The position numbers and the translations under genes were made by a program. This document shows, piece after piece, positions 1 through 9,049 of a stretch of 64,000 nt of DNA. Position 1 is the first letter of the stretch; every line of letters begins with the position of its first letter. The stretch comes from Vulcanimicrobiota bacterium (GTDB lineage Bacteria; Vulcanimicrobiota; Xenobia; Xenobiales; JADMJV01), in assembly GCA_050250895.1 (NCBI GenBank), contig JBFWNU010000003.1, positions 554,842 to 618,841 of the forward strand. Direction: 5' to 3'. The notes beneath the pieces are model-generated. The model did no database searches. It was not told the DNA's origin and worked only from the letters and a program-made list of their open reading frames with translations.

Positions 1-417
1 GGAATAGGGGGAACTGCGAGGCTTGTAGGCGCCCCCGCGCAACACGCTGGCACCGGCTTCGTAGACCAATTTGGCAATCTCGAGCATCGGCTCGCGGCCC
101 TCGACCGAGCAGGGGCCTGACATGACAATGACCTGGGGGCCACCGATCACCAGTCCGCTTTTGCCCAGGGGCACACGGGTCGTCTCGGGCACCGCCTCGC
201 GCGAGGCGAGTTTGTAGGGGCGCGAAACCCGGATGACCTTGGAGACGCCGGGAAAGAGGCCCACTTCGCGGGGGTCGGGTAGTTCGGTGCCGATGACGGC
301 CAGCACCGAGCGCTCGGCGCCCACGACCGAACGGGTCTGCAGGCCGCGACGTTGCAGTTTTTGTTCGATCCACTGAATCTGCTCGTCAGTGGCGGTGGGA
401 TGCAGGACGACGATCAC
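1..417 (-). CDS. aroF: 3-deoxy-7-phosphoheptulonate (DAHP) synthase, type I-beta, with N-terminal regulatory domain; runs off the window start
   Basis: Manual translation from GTG at 417: MIVVLHPTATDEQI...RPYKLASRE...GPCSVEG...LRGGAYKPRSSPYS. The start overlaps the upstream stop (GTGA). Confidence 0.92.
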   Translation of the reverse strand, partial: MIVVLHPTATDEQIQWIEQKLQRRGLQTRSVVGAERSVLAVIGTELPDPREVGLFPGVSKVIRVSRPYKLASREAVPETTRVPLGKSGLVIGGPQVIVMSGPCSVEGREPMLEIAKLVYEAGASVLRGGAYKPRSSPYS

Positions 418-953
418 GACTTGAAGGTCTTCACCAGCTCGCGCATTTTGTCATGCAGGGCCTCGATGGTCGAGTCGTTGTTGATGCGGTGCTCGTAGGT
501 CCACTTCTCGGAGGCGCGGTCGGAAAGATGCTCGTTGACCGGGCCAAATCCCGGCCGTTCGATGCGCACCAGGATGCCACCGTGGCGCCGCACCAATCGG
601 GCCTCGTTGGGGAAGCGCGTGTCGGTCACCACGGTGCGGTCGTCAAGCTTGCGCTCGGCCAGTTGCACCCACAGGTCGTGGCTTAGGATGTTGCGACCCA
701 CTTCAGTGCCCATGGCCTGAGACAGACGGCGCACCTCTTCGTTGGTCTTGACTGCCTCCCAGCCGCCGTCCCGCTCCATCATCTCGGACAGGCGGATGAA
801 GCCCGCTTCTTCTTTGACATAAGGATCGAGCGCGATGATGGCATCGCGAATGGGGTCGGCGATGGCCACTCTCTTATAACCGAACTCTTCTACTAAAACC
901 ACGGCCGCCGTGTCTTTGCCGACACCGGCGTAACCACACAATCCGATAAGCAC
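414..953 (-). CDS. Deoxynucleoside monophosphate kinase (phage-type dNMP kinase family)
   Basis: P-loop GYAGVGKDT; motifs ADPIR, RRLSQAMGTEVGR and VVTDTRFPNE. Confidence 0.8.
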   Translation of the reverse strand: MLIGLCGYAGVGKDTAAVVLVEEFGYKRVAIADPIRDAIIALDPYVKEEAGFIRLSEMMERDGGWEAVKTNEEVRRLSQAMGTEVGRNILSHDLWVQLAERKLDDRTVVTDTRFPNEARLVRRHGGILVRIERPGFGPVNEHLSDRASEKWTYEHRINNDSTIEALHDKMRELVKTFKS

Positions 954-1053
954 CGCTCACCATTCAAGCCCGAGGCTGCTCCCCCTGCCCACGGCGTCTA
1001 CTGTCTGCCGTCTCGGGGGAGGGTATTGAGGAGCCGCGCTCAATTACTCGATC

Positions 1054-3171
1054 GTGGCCCCCGAGAAACCGAAAAAGCGACGAAAATCCGGCTGTCTGAA
1101 AGTGCTCGGTTGCCTCTTCTGGCTGGCGCTTGTGGCCATGGTGGCGGCCGGGGTGGGAGCAGCCTTTCTCTATCAGAAGTACAGCCAGGGGTTGCCTTCA
1201 GTGGCGGGGCTCGAGAACTACAAGCCGGCCGAGACCACCCGCATTCTCTCCTCAGACGGCAAGGTGATCGCGACCCTGTTCAAAGAGAACCGGGTCTATC
1301 AGCCGTTGGACAAAATCTCTCCCCACGTGGTTAAAGCGTTGCTGGCCATCGAAGACTCGCGCTTCTACGACCACCCGGGAGTCGACCCGGTGGGGGTGGT
1401 GCGGGCCGTCTATGTCGCCACGACTTCGGGCCAGGTGCGTGAGGGTGCCAGCACCATCACCATGCAGCTGGCTCGCAACCTCTTTCTCAACAACGATGCC
1501 ACTGCCGAGCGCAAGATCCGAGAGATGTTGCTGGCCCTTCGCCTCGAGAAAGAGTACGACAAGAACAAGATTCTCGAACTTTATCTCAACCAGGTCTATT
1601 TCGGAGCCGGCGCTTACGGCATCCACTCGGCCTCGCGACTCTACTTCAACAAAGGCTGCGAGAACCTGACCCCGGCCCAGGCGGCTCTGCTGGTGGGGCT
1701 GTTGCAGGCTCCCTCGAGCTTTTCTCCGCTGGTCGATGCCAAAGCCGCCCGGGCCCGCCAGGGTCAGGTGCTCAACCGCATGCTGGGGCTGGGCTTTCTG
1801 ACCAAGGAACAGTATGATCGGGCCGTGGAGCAGGCCGACGCCATGACCTTCAAAGAGGTCGAGCAGCGACGCTTCGAGGTGCTGAAGTATCCCTACTTCA
1901 CCAGCTACGTCATCAAGGAGCTATCGGAGCGCTATCCTGAGGACACGCTTTATCGAGGCGGGCTCGAGATCACCACCACCCTCGACCGCGAACTGCAGGG
2001 CCGAGCCGAGGAGATCCTCGAGGCTCGGGTGCATGAGTTGGCCAACGTGCTCAACGTGGATAACGGCGCCCTGGTCATGGTCGAGAACGAGAACGGTTAC
2101 ATCCGGGCCATGGTGGGCGGGGTGAATTGGAGCGAGAAGGACCAGTTCAACCGCGCCTGGCAGGCCCGGCGCCAGCCCGGCTCGTCGTTCAAAGCGGTGG
2201 TCTACTCCACGGCGCTCGAAGAGGGTTATACTCCCGACAGCGTGGTGGATGATTCGAAGACCAGCTACAACGACGGTTGGGGCAAGGACTGGACTCCCAA
2301 GAATTCGGACGGTCGCTTCTTGGGTCGCATCACCCTGCGCCAGGCCTTGACCGGCTCGCGCAACGTGCCGGCCGTCAAGGTGTGTTCGCAGGTCGGGGTC
2401 GATCGGGTGGTCAGCATGGCCTATCGCATGGGCATTCGCGGCAAGATCTCGCCGAGTCTGTCCATCGCCCTGGGGGCGGTCGAGGCCACTCCGCTCGAGA
2501 TGGTCGAGGTCTTTTCGATCTTGGCTAACAGCGGGGTCGACCGGCGGCCGACGGCGGTCAAGCTGGTCAAAGCTCCCAACGGGGTGGTGCTCGAGGATAA
2601 CCGCAACCGCCTGGGCGACAACGTCATGAACTACAACTCGGCCCGCGGCATGATCTCGATGCTGCGCGGGGTGGTCGAGCAGGGCACCGGGACCAACGCC
2701 CGCGTCTACGGTCACGCCATCGCCGGCAAGACGGGCACCACCGACAGCTATCGCGACGCCTGGTTCTGCGGTTTCTCGGCTTACTACACGCTGGCCGTGT
2801 GGGTGGGCAACGACGACAACACGCCCATGTGGCGCTCTTACGGCGGAGACCTGCCGGCTACCATCTTTCGCGAACTGATGACCTATGCTCTTTCAGACAA
2901 GAAGCCCCGCGACTTTCCGGCCTATGAGGCTCCGCGCAAGAAGAGCAAAGATGTCTCGCCCCAGGTCCAGGTCACACCCACGCCAACGGTAGAGGAACGG
3001 CCGGAGGAAATCCCCGAGGAGCCGGTCGAAGAGTCGTTCGAGGAGCCGCCTCCGCCTCAGGAGGTCGACCTCGACGATCCCCGATGGACCGAGCCCGAAG
3101 CCGTTCCTGAGCCCACGCCCGGAGTCATCGAAAACTCCCCTTCGGAAGGTAACGATTGGTTTACTGAATGA
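1054..3171 (+). CDS. Class A penicillin-binding protein (PBP1A family, transglycosylase/transpeptidase)
   Basis: N-terminal TM helix; EDSRFYDHPG, GASTITMQLARN, RKIRE, SxxK (SSFK), SxN (SRN) and KTG motifs. Confidence 0.95.
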   Translation: MAPEKPKKRRKSGCLKVLGCLFWLALVAMVAAGVGAAFLYQKYSQGLPSVAGLENYKPAETTRILSSDGKVIATLFKENRVYQPLDKISPHVVKALLAIEDSRFYDHPGVDPVGVVRAVYVATTSGQVREGASTITMQLARNLFLNNDATAERKIREMLLALRLEKEYDKNKILELYLNQVYFGAGAYGIHSASRLYFNKGCENLTPAQAALLVGLLQAPSSFSPLVDAKAARARQGQVLNRMLGLGFLTKEQYDRAVEQADAMTFKEVEQRRFEVLKYPYFTSYVIKELSERYPEDTLYRGGLEITTTLDRELQGRAEEILEARVHELANVLNVDNGALVMVENENGYIRAMVGGVNWSEKDQFNRAWQARRQPGSSFKAVVYSTALEEGYTPDSVVDDSKTSYNDGWGKDWTPKNSDGRFLGRITLRQALTGSRNVPAVKVCSQVGVDRVVSMAYRMGIRGKISPSLSIALGAVEATPLEMVEVFSILANSGVDRRPTAVKLVKAPNGVVLEDNRNRLGDNVMNYNSARGMISMLRGVVEQGTGTNARVYGHAIAGKTGTTDSYRDAWFCGFSAYYTLAVWVGNDDNTPMWRSYGGDLPATIFRELMTYALSDKKPRDFPAYEAPRKKSKDVSPQVQVTPTPTVEERPEEIPEEPVEESFEEPPPPQEVDLDDPRWTEPEAVPEPTPGVIENSPSEGNDWFTE

Positions 3172-4241
3172 GCCGAGCCGAGATTCGGGAAAAGGTGGAA
3201 CTGGCCCCCATGACCACTTTGGGGGTAGGTGGGGCGGCCGACTACTTTACCGAGGTTCGCAGCCCGACCGAGCTGCTCGAGGCCATGCACTGGGCCAAGC
3301 ACAAGAGCCAGCCGGTCTATCTGATTGGGGGCGGCAGCAATCTGCTGGTGTCGGATGCCGGCTTCTCGGGACTAGTAGTCCGCTATGGCGACGACCGGAT
3401 CGAGCGCCTCGAGGTCGATGGCGACCGGGTCTGGCTGCGGGTGGGAGCGGGCCGCAACTGGGATGAACTGGTGGCTCAAACCGTCGCCTGGAATCTGGCC
3501 GGGATCGAGTGCCTGAGCGGCATTCCCGGGATGGTGGGAGCGGCCCCCATTCAGAACATCGGCGCCTACGGCCAGGAGGTGGCCGACGTGATCGAGTCGG
3601 TCGAGGTGATCGAGCGCTCGACCGGCGAGCTGCACCTGATCAGCAATCGGCATTGTGGCTTCGGCTATCGCGACAGCCACTTCAAAGGCAAGTGGAACGG
3701 GCTGTATGTGGTGGTGGCCGTGCACCTCAAGCTAACCGAAGGGGGCTCGCCCACCATCCGTTACGGTGATTTGACTCGCCGGCTTGGGCCGGGGCGGCCC
3801 ACCCTGCAAGAGGTGCGCGACACCGTGCTCGAGGTGCGCCGCTCCAAGTCGATGGTCTATGATACCAGCGATCCCAACCACCGCAGCGCCGGCTCGTTCT
3901 TTACCAATCCGATCGTCGAGGAATCGCTGGCGGATTTGGTCGACGCGCGCTTCGCCGAGGACTCGATGCCACGCTATCCCGCCGAAGGAGGGGTCAAGCT
4001 TTCGGCCGCGTGGCTGATCGAGCGAGCGGGCTTCGAAAAGGGCTTCGTGTTGGGCGAGGCGGGCTTGTCCACCAACCACGTATTGGCTCTGATCAACCGC
4101 GGCGAGGCCACCGCCGAAGACCTGTTGAACCTGGCCAAACTGGTGCGCCGCCAGGTGCGCGAGCGCACCGGAGTGACCCTGGTGCCCGAGCCGAACCTGC
4201 TGGGCTTTGGGGCCGAGGCCTTCGAGCTACTGGGCCGTTAG
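3168..4241 (+). CDS. murB: UDP-N-acetylmuramate dehydrogenase
   Basis: GGGSNLL, GIPGMVGAAPIQNIGAYG, FGYRDS, SAGSFFTNP, LSAAWLIE; ATGA overlap with the PBP gene. Confidence 0.95.
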   Translation: MSRAEIREKVELAPMTTLGVGGAADYFTEVRSPTELLEAMHWAKHKSQPVYLIGGGSNLLVSDAGFSGLVVRYGDDRIERLEVDGDRVWLRVGAGRNWDELVAQTVAWNLAGIECLSGIPGMVGAAPIQNIGAYGQEVADVIESVEVIERSTGELHLISNRHCGFGYRDSHFKGKWNGLYVVVAVHLKLTEGGSPTIRYGDLTRRLGPGRPTLQEVRDTVLEVRRSKSMVYDTSDPNHRSAGSFFTNPIVEESLADLVDARFAEDSMPRYPAEGGVKLSAAWLIERAGFEKGFVLGEAGLSTNHVLALINRGEATAEDLLNLAKLVRRQVRERTGVTLVPEPNLLGFGAEAFELLGR

Positions 4242-4245
4242 CTGC

Positions 4246-4411
4246 TCGGCGCTTCGCGCCGCGCCGCTGGGCCGACTCCTGATGAGCGTCGGCCCGGCCG
4301 CGGCTTGACGGGAACGACGAGAGCGTATGTTCAGGGGATTGGACTGAGGCGTCAGCGGCGCTCTCGTCGCTCCCTATCGGCGCTTCGCGCCGCGCCGCTG
4401 GGCCGACTAGA
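4246..4411. mobile_element. 131-bp structured non-autonomous element: full copy 4281-4411 preceded by a tandem partial copy
   Basis: 32-bp direct repeat at 4246-4277 and 4377-4408 (period 131). Stem GTCGGCCC/GGGCCGAC. 100/127 nt identical, without gaps, to 41772-41898 (manual count). Confidence 0.75.
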
Positions 4412-5507
4412 GAGCGAAATCGCGCCAGGGGTCGACCAGGGGAGCCTGGTTACCGGCCATCCTCACGCGCACCAGATCGGCCTCGCGGTGCAGTCCGTGC
4501 CGCGAGAGCATCTCGAGAAAGAGCTTGCCCACCTCGCGTTCGAAGCTCGAGCTGAGCTTGCACAGTTCTCCCCAGGCTTCTTGAGCCTGAGTGTAGTCGC
4601 CCACCAGCGAAGCCGCCCAGGCGATGCCGTCGAGGGCCAGACAACGGCGGGAAGGATCCGAGGTCAGGAATTCGGCGGCGGCCATGGCGCGCAGAGCCGA
4701 CTCGCCGTCACCCTCGCGAATCTTGGCCAGGCCCAGCTCCATGGCCTCGTCCCAACTGGTGGGCCCGGCCGGTCCGGCCCCGGTGTGACCCTCCATCTGC
4801 ATGCCCAGGTCACGACTCCAGGCCGACCAGGGGTCGATGGGACCCCCGGATTGTAGCGAAAGCGCCGAGCGCTCCCAGCCGTGGCCGCGCAGTTGGCCGG
4901 CCAGGAACTCGAGGCTGGCCGAGTCCGGAGGAGTCTGGCGCCAAAGACCTTCGCACTCGCCAAAGGCCTCGGCCGCTCCGGCATAATCGCCGATCACGAA
5001 GCAGGCCATGGCGATGGCATTGAGGGCCAGCGCCCCGCGTCCACCTCCGTGCTTGGCCGCGCTCGAGAGCGAGAAGGCCGCCCGCTGGCCCTGACCGGCG
5101 GCCAACTCGTCAATGGCTTCTCGCATGGCCATTTGCCAGTCCGAGGCACCGTCGTCGGCGGCCGCCGTCTCGGTGGCCTCGAGGGCGGCCGTCTGTTGCC
5201 AATCATTGAAGGGATCGAGCAGTTCGCGGGCGGGGGCCAGACCGTTGCCGGTGAGCACCTGGTTGAACTCGGCCAGGGCGGCGGTTTGCTCTGGTTGGCT
5301 GGCCTGACCCCAAAGCTGACGGGCCTCGTCCCAATACTCCTGGGCGGACTGATAGTCTCCGTCCCGGGCCGAGACCATGGCCATCAGGTTCGAGACGACT
5401 GCCTTCTGCGAGTTCGAGTCGGCTTGACCGTGGGCGTGGGCCAGCCAGCGCTCAGCGTTTTGACCCGAGGACTGCAATCCCCAGTTGGCCGATTCGGTCC
5501 AACTCAT
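4407..5507 (-). CDS. Hypothetical helical protein with three internal TPR-like repeats
   Basis: Three segments with A..GDY..A.E.[WF]....LW and a terminal DP[FW]; ATGA overlap with the upstream hydrolase. Confidence 0.7.
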   Translation of the reverse strand: MSWTESANWGLQSSGQNAERWLAHAHGQADSNSQKAVVSNLMAMVSARDGDYQSAQEYWDEARQLWGQASQPEQTAALAEFNQVLTGNGLAPARELLDPFNDWQQTAALEATETAAADDGASDWQMAMREAIDELAAGQGQRAAFSLSSAAKHGGGRGALALNAIAMACFVIGDYAGAAEAFGECEGLWRQTPPDSASLEFLAGQLRGHGWERSALSLQSGGPIDPWSAWSRDLGMQMEGHTGAGPAGPTSWDEAMELGLAKIREGDGESALRAMAAAEFLTSDPSRRCLALDGIAWAASLVGDYTQAQEAWGELCKLSSSFEREVGKLFLEMLSRHGLHREADLVRVRMAGNQAPLVDPWRDFAL

Positions 5508-6106
5508 CTTTCGGGTTTAGACGGGTTCTCGCGCAGAACCTTCCGGGCGAAGGCTGCGGCGGCTGAGGCGGCGGCTTCTAGATGCGCGTCGAGGGTGTAG
5601 CCTGACTTCTTTCGGGGTGTTAATGAGTGGTCGCCGTCAGTCATGAATTGCACCTCGACGGCGGGAGAGAGCGTATAGCTCTCTATCTCGGCTCGAGTGC
5701 CAAAGGTGTCGCGCTCACCCTGGAGGATGAGCGTGGGCGTGGTCAGGGACTCGAGGTGGGCCGTGCGCAGCTTTTCGGGTCGGCCGGGTGGATGGAAAGG
5801 GTATCCGAAGACGATGACGCCAGCCACTCCCAGCTCGTCGGCCGCCATGGTGGCCATTCGGCCCCCCATCGACTTGCCTCCGATAAAGAGCGGTGGTGGG
5901 TGGGCGGCAACTTGCTCGGCAAAGGCCTGGCGCAGCACCGGCTCGCGGTCCGGGGGTTTGCGGCTGCGGCTGTCGATGGCCCTCTGCATGTAGGGAAAGT
6001 TGAAGCGGATCACATCAAAGCCGTGTCGTTCGAGCGCCTCGGCTGCCTGGACCATCCAGTCGGAGTCGGCCGAGGCGCCGGCCCCGTGAGCCATCAGATA
6101 AATCAC
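5504..6106 (-). CDS. Alpha/beta-fold hydrolase (KANL3/Tex30-like)
   Basis: HGAGA, nucleophile elbow GKSMGG, QGERD and GDHSL. Confidence 0.9.
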   Translation of the reverse strand: MIYLMAHGAGASADSDWMVQAAEALERHGFDVIRFNFPYMQRAIDSRSRKPPDREPVLRQAFAEQVAAHPPPLFIGGKSMGGRMATMAADELGVAGVIVFGYPFHPPGRPEKLRTAHLESLTTPTLILQGERDTFGTRAEIESYTLSPAVEVQFMTDGDHSLTPRKKSGYTLDAHLEAAASAAAAFARKVLRENPSKPER

Positions 6107-8991
6107 GGCGTGCCGTTTTGCAAGAAGGCTCGGATCGCCTCTTTGAGGCGCACGGTTTCGGCTTCGAGCTGTTCAAAGGCCAGGTCCGAACCGTCCAGGC
6201 GTTCATCCCGCCCCATCTCTTCCAGGCGGCGGGCTACCCGTTCTACGTCGCGGGCGTCAAAGGCCGCCACCGTGCCTTTGAAGGTGTGGGCGGTGGTGGC
6301 CAGGGCCAGAGCCTGTCCCCCCTCGACCGCCTGGCGCACGCCAGCCAGCTGCTGGTCGGCGAGTTCGAGAAACATCTCCATCACCATCCTGAGGTTTTTG
6401 GGGTCACCGCCTACCCGGGCCAGGCTGGTCTGGGGGTCGAAGGCCTGCTCGGCGGAGCGCGGCGTGGTGATAGGGGACGCGACCGGCCGGCGGGTGCCCT
6501 GGGTCAACCGCTCGGCCGGCAGCAGTTCCACCAATGCTCGAAAGAGGGCTCCCTCGTCGATGGGCTTGGACAGATAGCCGTCCATCCCGGCCTTCAGACA
6601 GCGTTCGCGGTCGCCTTTGAGCGCGTGGGCCGTCAGGGCGATGATCGGAGTGCGCACCAGACCCTGCTCCTTCTCGAGAGCGCGGACCCGGGCGGTAGCC
6701 TCCAGGCCGTCGACCCGGGGCATCTGCACATCCATCAAGATCACGTCAAAACGCTGACCCCTCACCAGCGGAGGCACTTCGCTGCCGTCGTTGGCCAGCA
6801 CTACGCGGTGGCCGCGACTCTCGAGCAGGATGGTGGCCAGCTTCTGGTTGACCGGATTGTCCTCGGCCAACAAGATCTCCAGGGGACAGATCTGGACCTC
6901 CTCTTCCTCGTTCTCCTGGGTCGAGGCGGTGACCGGGCCGGCGCCCATGGCGCAGCTCAGGGCGTTGAGCAGTTCCCAGGCGTGGACCGGCCGGGTCAAC
7001 TGAAAGACTTCGCCCAGCTTTTTGCTGGCTCTGGCCTCGGGCTCGAGCCTGGCCGGATTGAGCAGCATCACGGTGGGCATTGCCTTGTGAGCCCGCACCT
7101 GGGCGGCAAGCTCGAAGCCGTCGCGGCTCGAATCGCATACCAGAAGGTCGAATTTTTCGACTCCCTCGAGGGTCTGGCCGGGCTCGGGAGCCTCGGCTTC
7201 GAGCCCCCAATGGCGCAGGGTCTGTTCGAGGTTGCCACGGGCCGTGACATTGTGACACAAGACCAGAGCCCGCCGGCCCTGCAACTCTTCGGGCACGGCC
7301 GGAAGTTCTTGGGATTCAACCTCGAGGCGAGCCGTGAAGCGAAAAGTGCTGCCGTTGCCGGGCGTGCTCTCGGCCCAGACCTCACCGCCCATCAGAGCCA
7401 CCAGCCGGGCGGTGATGGCCAGCCCGAGGCCCGTTCCTCCATACACCCGGGTAGTCGAGGAATCGGCCTGCTCGAAAGCTTTGAAGACGCTCTTGAGTTT
7501 GTCCTGAGGAATGCCGATCCCGGTGTCACGAACCGAGAACAGGAAGAGCGCCTGGTTCCCGTCTTGCTGTTTGACAGCCACCTGGACCGCGACTTCGCCT
7601 TCTTCGGTGAACTTGACGGCGTTGCCGACCAGGTTCAAAAGCACTTGTCGTATACGAACCGGGTCAGCCTTGACGTGGTCGGGCACGGCCGGGTCGAAAC
7701 AGACCACCAGCTCTAGCCCTTTCTCGTGAAACTTGGGACTCAAGGACTTGAGGATGCCATCCACCTCTTCCCGTAGCGAGATCGAGACCGGCGCAATGTC
7801 GAGCGCTCCGGCTTCGATCTTGGAAAAATCGAGAATGTCGTTGATGACTCCCAGTAGCGATTCGGCTGAACTCGAGACTGCTCGCAGATATTCGCGCTGG
7901 ACCGGAGTAAGGTCGGTGCGCAGGGCCAGGCGAGTCATGCCGAGGATGCCGTTCATGGGTGTCCGGATCTCGTGGCTCATGTTGGCCAGGAACTCGCTCT
8001 TGGCCCGGTTGGATTGGACGGCCGCCTCGCGAGCGGCAAAGAAGTGGGCCCCCAGCAGGGCCAGCAAGACCATCACCAGGCCCAGCAAGGCAGAATAGCG
8101 AGCCGTGAGCACGTCGCTGCGGGCCCAGAAAAACTCGTCAGGGCGCGTCACCAAAAGGGCCCAGCCTCCTGAATAGTCGGCCCAGGGTAGCGAGAAGAAC
8201 TGGTCATAGACACGTCCCTCGGGAAGTTTGCCCTGACTCAGGAGTTCGGCGTCAGAGGTGCTGCCACTCTCGTGGTCGTGCACCACCGGCATCGAGAGCA
8301 AAGCGGTGCCGGTGACGGCGTTGACCATTGCGCACCAGTTGGGACCCATGCCGGTCCGCAGGTGGAACGCCCACAGGACCACGGTCACGTCGCCCAGCAG
8401 TTCGCCCTCTTCGGAATAGATCGGCATGGCATAGAGAATGCCGTCGGACTGCACCGGGCGGGCCCTGTCGTAGACTGGGAACAGGCTGCTGGTCAGGCCC
8501 TTGCGCTTGCGTAGCTCGCCGGGCGGATGGGGGGCTAACTGGGCGAAGCGCCCTGGCAATTCGGCCAGGGCCTCGCGCTCGCCCTGGTGGATTCGGGATT
8601 CCGGCTGGTCGCGTCGGCTCAGGCGCGTTTGGCGGTCAAAGTTCAGCCAGATCTCAGATTGAGGTTGGTAACGGTTGACGTAGACGCTCAGCACCGGCAG
8701 GCGAGGGTGAAGCTCGAGCCAATCCTTAAGGCGGACCTCGAGGTCGGGCGGGGGAGCCCCGCCGGTCTCGAGAGCACGGGCCACCTCGGGATCGACGGCC
8801 ACCGAAGCCAGACCCGATTGCAGCTGATGGAACTGAGCGCTGAGAGCCTCGCGACTGACCGAGGCCCGCAATTGGCATTCGTTGGCATAGTTGACCTTGG
8901 AGGCGTCGAGGTTGATCTTATAGACGACCAGGATACCGATCAGCAGGGCCAATCCCAATAGCTCGACCCAACGCAAGCGGCGGGTTCTCAT
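6103..8991 (-). CDS. Hybrid sensor histidine kinase (2 TM, HisKA, HATPase, degenerate REC, REC, Hpt)
   Basis: [50 protein letters not shown]. Confidence 0.95.
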   Translation of the reverse strand: MRTRRLRWVELLGLALLIGILVVYKINLDASKVNYANECQLRASVSREALSAQFHQLQSGLASVAVDPEVARALETGGAPPPDLEVRLKDWLELHPRLPVLSVYVNRYQPQSEIWLNFDRQTRLSRRDQPESRIHQGEREALAELPGRFAQLAPHPPGELRKRKGLTSSLFPVYDRARPVQSDGILYAMPIYSEEGELLGDVTVVLWAFHLRTGMGPNWCAMVNAVTGTALLSMPVVHDHESGSTSDAELLSQGKLPEGRVYDQFFSLPWADYSGGWALLVTRPDEFFWARSDVLTARYSALLGLVMVLLALLGAHFFAAREAAVQSNRAKSEFLANMSHEIRTPMNGILGMTRLALRTDLTPVQREYLRAVSSSAESLLGVINDILDFSKIEAGALDIAPVSISLREEVDGILKSLSPKFHEKGLELVVCFDPAVPDHVKADPVRIRQVLLNLVGNAVKFTEEGEVAVQVAVKQQDGNQALFLFSVRDTGIGIPQDKLKSVFKAFEQADSSTTRVYGGTGLGLAITARLVALMGGEVWAESTPGNGSTFRFTARLEVESQELPAVPEELQGRRALVLCHNVTARGNLEQTLRHWGLEAEAPEPGQTLEGVEKFDLLVCDSSRDGFELAAQVRAHKAMPTVMLLNPARLEPEARASKKLGEVFQLTRPVHAWELLNALSCAMGAGPVTASTQENEEEEVQICPLEILLAEDNPVNQKLATILLESRGHRVVLANDGSEVPPLVRGQRFDVILMDVQMPRVDGLEATARVRALEKEQGLVRTPIIALTAHALKGDRERCLKAGMDGYLSKPIDEGALFRALVELLPAERLTQGTRRPVASPITTPRSAEQAFDPQTSLARVGGDPKNLRMVMEMFLELADQQLAGVRQAVEGGQALALATTAHTFKGTVAAFDARDVERVARRLEEMGRDERLDGSDLAFEQLEAETVRLKEAIRAFLQNGTP

Positions 8992-9049
8992 GGGTTCGTT
9001 TTCGCCTGGGCGAAGGAGGCGACCTTTCGGATGCGAAGGCCCGCAGGGG

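Noticed and set aside
414-953. Prophage
   Set aside because: No integrase, structural or replication genes in the window.
4238-4411. Integron attC site
   Set aside because: It shares GCTTCGC and GCGGCTT words, but has no paired RYYYAAC/GTTRRRY ends and no cassette organisation.
4279-4419. Hammerhead ribozyme (CTGATGAG...CGAAA)
   Set aside because: The GAAA belongs to the neighbouring gene's last codons, the second copy has CCGATGAG and no GAAA, and stems I/III are not evident.
6118-7716. Long antisense ORFs (also 10031-11413, 12254-13552, 29967-31310, 49629-50984)
   Set aside because: Shadow frames of well-supported genes in high-GC DNA, with no motifs.
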